A stretch of DNA of 64,000 bases. Source: the human T2T-CHM13v2.0 reference genome, Homo sapiens. Location of the stretch: assembly GCF_009914755.1 (NCBI RefSeq), contig NC_060936.1; one strand, 5' to 3'. The notes beneath the pieces were generated by a model, which ran no database searches, had not been told where the DNA came from, and saw only the letters and a program-made list of their open reading frames with translations. This document shows positions 54,858 to 64,000 of this stretch, piece by piece (within the stretch, counting starts at the first letter, position 1; each line of letters opens with the position of its first letter). The translations under genes were made by a program, and so were the position numbers.

Positions 54858-56015
54858 CTTAAAAATGGTAAACATATTACATTATTGTCTTATCTCAAGG
54901 AAATCTTTAAACGTCATAGTACCAATCAGTATCTATGTTTAAGACACCTGTATTTCCAAGCATTCATGATATTGGAGTCAAACTCTTGACTGTAGTATGT
55001 TAACCATTAAGATCAAATGACAAGACATATATGAAACTGTCTCTATGTCCCTTCAGTTACAATACCTCTTACTTGTTTCAGCAAAATGTGTCTGCTGGAG
55101 AGTGTCACTAGGCACTCCATTCTGGGTTTCCTAGAATGACAAATACTGCACTCAGGCTGAAGGCTATGGGTAACAGCTCACATGAAACCATCTCTCTCCA
55201 CCTTCGCCAGCCTCACTCAGCTTCTAGCTCTAGTGTCTACACTCCAGGTTTTGCCCCACTCAGTTCCCAAACCAAAAGTGATCAGTCCAAATGGCATGAG
55301 TCACTTGGCTTATCAGCCCAGTTTTGAGATTAAGAATTAGCCTTTGATTTGGTTGCTATAGCTGTAGAAACCAGGGAGCACAAAGCGTCATCTGTCTTTG
55401 TCTGATTCTTGCCATTTGGGCCCAACTTGGCCCCAAGGCTTCTGCCTTGGGTTTCTATACCTGCAACTCAAAGATGCCAGCTAGGTTCTTGCTCCCAATA
55501 TATTGACCACCAGGAACTGCCTTCAGTACTTCCGCTGCCATATTCCGGGGCTGAACTTTCGTTAACTACAGGCACCAGTTTCTCTTAGGCTCTAGGTCAC
55601 CATATATTCATAATCCACTCTATACTAAACTACTGGCTTACTTGCTCTGAGCTACCCTTGTAGCCAGATCAATTTCCTTAGCTCCATGTCTATATCCCTC
55701 TCAACTCCATCACCTAGGTCCTAACATGCCTCTCATCTGCCTCCACTCTACTCAATATGAGGACAAAGCCTTTGGCTGCACAATAATTCCAAGCTAGTGA
55801 GAAACCAGGAAATTACAAGTGGTGTATGCAGAAAATATAAATGTTAACTTTTATTTTGAATATTTTAAACAATACTAAATATTTCAGCTACCCTAGTTCT
55901 GACATGACTTTTAAAATTGCCTCTTCATAGATACCTAACTAGTGGCTACAGAGAACCAGTTCTCAATTAATATGTGAGACTGGGAATTATTGTAAGATTG
56001 TCTATAATACTTAAC

Positions 56016-56201
56016 CTGTAATAGGTAAGAACTTCTAAGTCAGCTTTGGTGCCTTCTTTTGCCTCTTGAGCAAGGTGCCTGATAGCTTTGCCATGAGGTT
56101 CCTTGTTGCTGTCAATCCAATAGAGCCAAACTTCTTCATCATCAATGTCATCCGAAAGGATGGAGCTCTCCATGGGGTTGTCTGCTTGCATTGAGACCAC
56201 C
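56016..56201 (-). CDS. ITPR2: ITPR2 exon D, 186 nt: [10 protein letters not shown]...LEVLTYY(R)
   Basis: aag|G GTG GTC ... TAC AG|gttaag, phase 2-2; follows a 118-nt intron. Confidence 0.95.
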
Positions 56202-56319
56202 CTTCAAATAAATAGCACATACAAAAATCTACTAAAAAGTACACTTGTAAATATGACAAAGAATTACAGTGCTTACAAATAATCAACAGGAAAATGATGC
56301 ATCCATTATCTGGGCTTAC

Positions 56320-56439
56320 TTAGTTTGAATGAGAATGTCTGCATTGCCTGGACTCAACATAAATTTACAGATGAGTTCTTGAGTTACAGGGATAGCAGTG
56401 GTATTAGACACACACAGATCTGACAAATAATCCAAAAAC
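56320..56439 (-). CDS. ITPR2: ITPR2 exon C, 120 nt: [39 protein letters not shown](K)
   Basis: cag|G TTT TTG GAT ... ACT AA|gtaagc, phase 2-2; read manually. Confidence 0.95.
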
Positions 56440-57421
56440 CTGGCAAAAGAAAAAAATTAAATGGAATATGAAGACAAAGCATTTTATAAAAGCATCACAA
56501 TAAAGACATAATTTGGAATATAATAAAATAAACTTATTATATGTTTTAATATTATTTCCACACAACATTTGTCTAATGTGTTGTTTATCTACTGCATCAT
56601 TAGAAACAAATTAAACATACAATTCTTTTTATTTAATATAAGTCTTGTTTCAAAAAGGATGTGTTTGCTTCTATTTATTTTATGATATTCCACCCACAGC
56701 ACCGTGACTTATGTTTAGAAAATCATTCATCTCCCCTAAAGTGAGTCTCCCCAGAGCTGAATATCAAAACAAAGGCAGATCAAAGCTAATGCTGTACTGA
56801 ACAAAAGAGAAATAGAGCACACACCTAATGAAAATTACTATGACCTGGTCAAGTCAGAGGCCCATTTCTACCTTCTAGCATTTATTTGCTGTGCTAATTA
56901 GCTAAGGAAACATTGCCAATTGGCTTGACTTGTCTGCACTCATTTCTTCAAGATAAGGCAGCATGGTACAACAGAAAAAGAGCTTGATGTGGAGTCAGAA
57001 GCCCTTGATTTACCTCGTATTCTATTCCTATCAGGGTACGCTTGGGCAAGTTGCTCACTCGGCTTCTATTTTCTCATCTCTAAAATGGGGATAATAATAT
57101 ACAACCAGTGTATCTCATACAAGTGTGCAAGGATCTAAATGAGATAATGTATATGAATGTATTTTGAGAAACCATAAAGTTCTATAAAATCATGAGGATT
57201 CAGAGTGAAAATCAATCACACTTAAGTATGTCTATAAAGGGCTCTGATCTCTTATGAGGTAATAACTCTTTATTATATACAATTATTATAGCAATAAGCC
57301 CAACATAGTTCGTCCATAAAAGTTAGTGATGTGAAAGAACTCTAACTTTTAAAAGTTCTAAAAATAAAACATAAAGCCGCAATCTCCACTAGAAAAGAAT
57401 ACCGCATGAATCATTTCAAAC

Positions 57422-57594
57422 CTTGGCTCCCGATTTCTCCTGAGTAAACTGACAAATGTTTCTATTTCTTTTGCTGTGATATGTTTCTCTAGTAGTTTTC
57501 TGTTGTTGTGCAACAAAGCTGTGATAGTATCTTCTGCCAAAATATCATAGCCAATCTGGGACTGCATGACACAGAAATTCTTAGCAATATATTC
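57422..57594 (-). CDS. ITPR2: ITPR2 exon B, 173 nt: EYIAKNF...RRNREP(R)
   Basis: cag|GAA ... AG|gtttga, phase 0-2; inside ORF 57358..57630. Confidence 0.96.
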
Positions 57595-57863
57595 CTGCAA
57601 AGAAGAAAGGCTGTCAGAATGCACTGCCAAACAGCTTACAAATAACAGGTTCTATTAGGGTCAACAACATTGATTAATTTATTCACAACAGAAGGTTCAC
57701 TAAAAATTTTCTCAAAAGAAAAGCAAGTAAATTTTTCAATAAATAGAGCTTTTTGAGGAAAGACATGAAAACATACTGGCATATACGTTTTTGAACTTCT
57801 ACTAAAAAATTATACACCTAGAAATAATTATCAGTATAGGTATTTTGGAAATACCTATTTCCA

Positions 57864-58017
57864 AAGTGGGAAAAATAAATCTAATTAAAGTAAGTTTTTA
57901 TGACACAATAACTTTGGATTTCATCAGTCTAACAGAGGCTAAGTGGGAAAAATAAATCTAATTAAAATAAGCTTTTATGACACAATAACTTTGGATTTCA
58001 TCAGTCTAACAGAGGCT
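57864..58017. repeat. Tandem duplication, 2 x 77 bp
   Basis: 57864-57940 and 57941-58017 are 75/77 identical. Confidence 0.97.
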
Positions 58018-58294
58018 TTTCTTCTATCTCTTACTTAAAGTCATAGCCAATGATTTGGGCATAATTATAGAAAAGAAAATGACTGCCTGATATTTCATTC
58101 ATGAGACATGAGATCTGGGTTGTTACCTGAAGATCCTAGATGGACTTGGATTGATTCCTTTTCTGTGAATAGGCTGGAATGATCTGTAAGATCTTTTCTT
58201 TAAAATAATGGTAAAATGTCATATACTTTTTATCTTTAAAAAGCCACCAAACAGGGCAATGTGATTAATCACTTTATTGATTAGATCCATTTGC

Positions 58295-58606
58295 CCAATA
58301 AATGTTTCTTGAAGTCCTATGCTGAAGAAGTGACATTTGAGCTAGGATGGGAATGAAGAGAACGAGGCAGCCATTGGAAGACCTAAAGGGAAGCCATCTA
58401 GGCAGTGGGAATAGCCAGTGCAAAGGCCCTGAGGTAGTAGAACCAAGCTTATGTTCTATCAACAGAAGGTGGCCATTGTAGCTAGGCAGTGGTAAGGGGC
58501 AGAAAGCAAAGTCGAAGTTTGAGAGGTAGGTCAAAAGAATCCTTGTGAGCCATGGTAAAGGGCAAAGAGATTGTGCTAAAAGTAAGAGAAAGCCACTGGG
58601 GAGGTT
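58295..58606 (-). mobile_element. L2 fragment
   Basis: gaagaagtgacatttgagct...gggaatagccagtgcaaaggccctgagg...gccatggtaaag. Confidence 0.75.
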
Positions 58607-60976
58607 CAATCATGTTATTGTTTGATCTACTCCTTATTCATCACACTAATTTTCCTATATCCCAAACCACTATTGTTCATCTCCCACGTTCTATCTACAA
58701 GCAGCACATCTCACACTGCCATGGGACTGGTGAGCTTCTCCCCCTTCCACCATGAAAGGTTCTTACTTTGATTCCTTGGGATTCTCCCTGGAAATGTGTC
58801 TTTGTTTCTCTGACGAGACAACTGATAGATTAGAAAGTGGTTTTGCCTTAGGTAAAATTTACTGAAATGTACCTATTCCTTGAAAATGATATTGGTTGCA
58901 CAAATCTAATTATATGCTAAGCAGCATTTTTGTGGCCCTTCAGAATGATGGCTTTGTGTATTGGGGAGCCAGTTAAGTAAAGTAAATGTCTTCTGTTATT
59001 ATATCATTTTAAGGATACATATTGATTTATACACTTTCATGACTACTGTAGTCATACTCTGGTATAAGGCAAACATCCAAAAATGTTAATAAATAACTAA
59101 ATGAAATTAGAGGTGGTATCAAATTTTATAAATAGTAATAAATAGATCTTCAATATTAAATATATGGGTGAGTGTTAAGTCACAAATGAACTTCCTATTA
59201 GGACTACAACATATAGGTGAAGATAAAGAAAAACAAAGTAATTACAGCCATAATGCTATATAATATATACTACATAATAATAATAATATAGAACATTTTA
59301 AAATGTTCTAAAAAATCAGAAAGCTGCTTTATGCTTACTACCAAGCATTCTTAACTCAATAGAAATGAGAAAAACATTTCCCAGCTATCACTGAGATTCA
59401 ATTAGAACACACAACAGAAAGGGAAGAAAAATAAAATATAACCCTTAACAAATGCTGGGGATTCTTTATTCCTTTATCATCTATGCTCTAACTCTATGCT
59501 CCAAAGAAACCCAGAAGGCAGGTCCCTAAAGTGCATAAACATGTACCTGAAAGGAGTGATATGACTAGGTAGGGGTGTGTGTGGGGGGGGGGGGGGTGGG
59601 AGGGAATGGGCACGTGCACGAGCGCACACGTGTGTGTGTTTGTGTGTGTGTACGCACACACTGATCCCTGGCCAAGACTGAGAGGGGAGTGAGAAAGAAC
59701 CATGTGTGCCAGACCTTGAGAGACAGAACTGACACCAGGTAAGACATGTCGCCCAGGGAACCTACTACTGACTAGCAGAATAACCAAATCCAAAGTGAGC
59801 TGGCTCCCTGCCATCCCGAAGCACAGGGCTATAGAAAAGGGAAGGGGCCCCAAGTACCCTTCCAAAGGCTGACAGCCATCAAGGAGGGTGCACATCATGG
59901 GACCTGATGGGCCTGAGGGCCCTGGGTAGCCTCTATAGACCTGTTAGGTATTTTTTCTGTTAATGTCAATCTCTATAATACAGCACTGCTCGTACAGGTG
60001 AAGTGGTGACCAGTCTCACAAGTGTATTTCTCCAAACCCAAGAAGAAAAACCAGAGCAAGGAGAAAACATTGAGCAGCCTCTCATTTCCCTTCCCCACTC
60101 CAGACCTCCACTAAAAACTCAGGGTCCGATACTGGGAGCATCCCCTAACACTGCCTCCAAGTGCTTGAAGGAAGGCCATTTAATGTCCTGCTACTTAATT
60201 CTTCTTCCAAAAAAATATGAACAACACTATCTACTTCATCTTGCCATCTTAAAGGAACCCAATGAAGTCCGGAAAAATAATTCTAGTGACAGCATTTGGA
60301 TCAGCAAGAAGGGTGTTTATAACTAGGATTATATTAGACAATATTTAAGGATTTGTTTATATCACCCCTAGCTCTTACTCCTATTCCTTGCCATATTATT
60401 TATCTTCTAGCTAATGTTTTTATATACTCTTTTCAGACCTTTCTTACTCTTCAAACAGAATTGTGAAGCCAAAACATTTTAACACAGTCTTCCTCAAGCA
60501 AATCTTTTTTTCTTCCCCAAAAATGTTCAAACTACCAAGATGCAATAGTGTGATGATTCAGAGCCTGGGTTTGCATACTGGTTCCATTCTTAAACTATCA
60601 CCTTGGACAAATTACTTAACCTCTCTGTGCCTCTATCCTTCATCTTAATTCAGTGTTAACTGAATTAATTCATGACAAGTATTTACAACTGAGCCTGGTA
60701 CAAAGTAAGCACACAATAAATACTACTAACTCTTCCCAAATAACCTCCACCTTCTAGGATTGACATCCTAGGCCCTAGTGGCTTAGCCCACCCTGCCCTT
60801 CCAGCCCTCTCCCACACCATCCTTCTTCATGGACCAAACTCATCAATGAAACTTACAGTGATGCACTCTGCCCTCAAATGGATTAAGAGAAACCCTAATT
60901 TATCAAACAATAATTAATTTTATACAATTGTATGTTAGACATTTACATTATTGAACACATTGCAAAATATTAAGCT

Positions 60977-61276
60977 TGTGTTTTGTTTTGTTTTTTATGA
61001 GGCAGGGTCTCATTCTGTTGCTCAGGCTGGAGTGTACTAGTGTGATCATAACTCACTACAGCCTCGAACTCCTAGGCTGAAGTGATCCTCCAGCCTTAGC
61101 CTCCTTAGTAGCTGGAACTACAGACACACACCACCACACCCAGGTATTTTTCGTTTTTGTAGAGATGGGGGCCTCGCTATATTGCCTAGGCTGGTCTAGA
61201 ACTCCTGGCCTTGAGTAATCCCCCCACCTTGGCCTCCTAAAGTGTTGGGATTACAGGCTTGAGCCACGCCACCTGG
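60977..61276 (-). mobile_element. AluJ
   Basis: Reverse diverged Alu (gaggcagggtctcattctgttgctcaggctggag...aaagtgttgggattacagg). Confidence 0.92.
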
Positions 61277-61992
61277 TTTGTATTTTTAAGATAAAAATGA
61301 GACTTAAGAGAAATTTCACTTGCAACTGGCAACTGTTAGCTGTACCCCTAGATCCATCTGGGTTCCCTGACCTCAGCAGTTGCAAATATCTTAGGGGAAA
61401 CATGTCCTTTCTAGCATCTATCATTCTCACTTCATAGATCTCTCTTCACAAATACCTCTTCCCATACAATTTATGAAAATGATTCTCATCCTACCCAAAG
61501 GCTTCCTTCTCCAAGTATTCTTCCTTGGTTCCCAAAGCCACCACTGGGCTCTCCCTCTGGTGAATTCCCATAACTCTATCTTTTCTCTCTGTGTCTTTTC
61601 TTTGTCTCCCATCATATCTTTTCCACTAAACTATAACCTCTTTGGTCCATACACGGTGATGCTGTACCTCACATGTTCCTCAAGCCAAAAATGTTCCATT
61701 CCTCCTTACATAATAGATCCAGGATGTCCTGGCCACCAGGAACCAATAACAGGCACATATTAGTACTCAGGACATCCTCCCCCAGTGATTCTAATTTCAT
61801 ATGGAAGAATAAAGCCATGTTCAATACAACTCAAAAATACTTACAAATCATTTTTATGTATTGCCCAACACAAAATATTTCATTTCAAAGTGAAATTTCC
61901 CATTCCTACTTTCTATGCTGTAGAATTATAACCAAAGAACCTTGCCCATACTTTACATATGAAACAGTTTAAAATGGGGGCTACCCTCTGAC

Positions 61993-62154
61993 CTGATTTT
62001 TCCGGTAATCCTGCTGCGAGTGTCTCAGGACGCGGTAACAGAGCCGCAGCATGTACTTGTAGGGTGCATATCTTTGATCCCCCAGATCTTCAAGTCTCAG
62101 CATCGAGCCTTCTCCTGCTTTCTCTTTAAAGGGTGCTTTAAGAATTCCAAATAC
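61993..62154 (-). CDS. ITPR2: ITPR2 exon A, 162 nt: [54 protein letters not shown] (IP3-binding core)
   Basis: Acceptor tag|GTA, donor CAG|gtcaga, phase 0-0; contains the conserved QQDYRKNQ motif. Not in the ORF track; read manually. Confidence 0.96.
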
Positions 62155-63667
62155 CTATCAGGAATAAAAACAGCCACCTATTCTGATGAATAAAATGTTT
62201 TGCAACCTTTTTTTTTTAACAAATAAGAACATTGATTCAAAAAACACTTATATAAATTTGAGTATTAGAGTAAACGGGAAAAACAAAAGGATTTACGTTA
62301 CAGGACCAACATATCAAGGATCAGAAAAGCACTGCCAAAAGGGTCACCTACATTGAGTGACAAAAACATTCTTTAAATAAAATGCTTAATTTTGTTTAGA
62401 AATCATATTTTATAAAATAAGAAATATGAAGATGTTCAATTTCACCAAGTTACATGAACATATTCAGATGAACTAAAATGTAGCTTGATTTCTAGGGGCT
62501 TTATAATAAGTTTCTTCTATTATTTTCTATAACCTTTCAAAATCAAAATAATATAAAGAAAACATTTACTTTTCTTTAAAACTGACATCAGAAAATGACT
62601 TCCAAACATTGCTTCTAAACTGCTTTATAAAAGAGTTAATTTACTGTTGTTTGTATACAAAGATGTGGCCAAATCGATGAACGTATCAGCATTCAAATGT
62701 GACAAATTAGGAGCCACATGGGCAGCTGGTGGCTCCCAGTAAGCCAGATTCTTGTAAGAAGGTTAGCAGTTAGGAAGCATTTAAAAAGCATTGAGGAATA
62801 TAACTCTTTTCGGCAGCAAGACAGCAGGAGGGATCACCTGGAGATGAGCTGCTAGAATGAGGAAATTGTCTATGAAAGAGCGGTCAAGGGCATGAACATT
62901 AATACATGAAAACAAAATAGAAAGGAATTATTCTTTGGAATTCATGAAATATGATATGAACTAAAGTTTCTTTAATAATTTTGTATTCACTAAGCCTTTA
63001 ATTTTATATTTATCAAACAAAAATAAAATATTTGACATATGTTGGTTAAAATATTATTAATTAATTATCCAAGGTCCTAAAAGTCTTTGAAATCAAATTT
63101 TTTATATAATAATTACTCGAAAAAAGTCCTATTAGATTTGCAACCTTTATTTTATTTGAGAAAAAAGTTGATTTTGTATTTTCAGACAATCAGCTACATA
63201 TAATAACTAACATTATGTCTACTATTTTCCTTTCCCAAATCAATAAGAATATGTGTATCAAGAACATGATTTTTATGTTTTAAGTATCTTCCTTGAGTCT
63301 ATACTTCATTAATGAAGGAACTCATTAATTTAAATAGCAATTAATAGAATAAAAATAATACATAAACGTAGGCATGTCCATATGTGCATATCATTAGGAA
63401 GTGAATCAATTTACTGACGTGTTATGAACAATTTCAAGAAGATGTAATACAGGAGCAGTTCTGTACTTTCAGGGAAGAAAACTAGAATATTGTACAGAGC
63501 ACTCGTGAGCTGATGAACAGACTGCCCTACTTTCCCAGGGAAGAGAAGGAAAGAAGTAGGAAGCAGATGGAGATGGCACTTTCCAAGTTCACCTGGAAAT
63601 TCTACCTAGGAATTTTTCCAACATATTTTCTGGAGATAGTCTGACTATGCAGGGTTTTTGGAGGTCC

Positions 63668-64000
63668 ATGGTAGGCTGTCTCTACAATGGTCTCTGATAT
63701 TCCTGCCTCCTGATATTCATAGCCTCATCGAATCCTCTCTCCTTAACTACGGGTTAGATTTATTAACCCATTTCTAACTAATAGAACACAGTAGAACTGA
63801 TGTTACTTCTAAGATTACGTTCTACAAAGATGGTAGCTTCTACCTGAGCGTCCTCTCTAGTTCTCTCTTGGATCCCTCAGTTCTAAGAAAGCAAGCTGCC
63901 TTGTCTTGAGGCACTCCTGAGAGATGCCTATGTGAGAGGGCTGGAAGGCAAGTCCTCTCTCAGTGGAACCTTGAGATGCCTGCAGCCCCAGCAAACACCT
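63668..64000 (+). mobile_element. MLT1-type MaLR LTR, cut by window end
   Basis: tggtaggctg...cctgcctcctgatattc...aagcaagctgccttgt...cttgagatgcctgcagccccagc. Confidence 0.65.

Noticed and set aside
54608-54989. Plus-strand ORFs antisense to exon E
   Set aside because: Shadow ORFs of a GC-richer coding exon; no independent support.

Overview
Primate genomic DNA, most likely human or great ape (AluY, L1PA3-like and THE1 repeats). The window lies inside the inositol 1,4,5-trisphosphate receptor type 2 gene (ITPR2), which is on the minus strand. I resolved 14 consecutive coding exons (62154 down to 687; 2127 nt, 709 codons). All have GT-AG boundaries with matching phases and together give one uninterrupted [15 protein letters not shown]...[11 protein letters not shown], covering the end of the IP3-binding core and the armadillo/RIH coupling region. 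From memory these are roughly exons 15-28; that numbering is unverified. The rest is intronic and rich in Alu, L1, L2, L3, MIR, MaLR/ERVL LTR and Tigger/hAT elements. Apart from the ORFs overlapping these exons, the ORF track is mostly repeat-derived noise. I found no new gene or multi-gene system. The most unusual items are a rare TSD-flanked SVA2 insertion, several templated-insertion or fold-back repair scars, a three-level nested LTR, a 238-nt pyrimidine tract ending in a triple NAG decoy acceptor, and inverted-repeat pairs that flank in-frame exon blocks (circRNA candidates).
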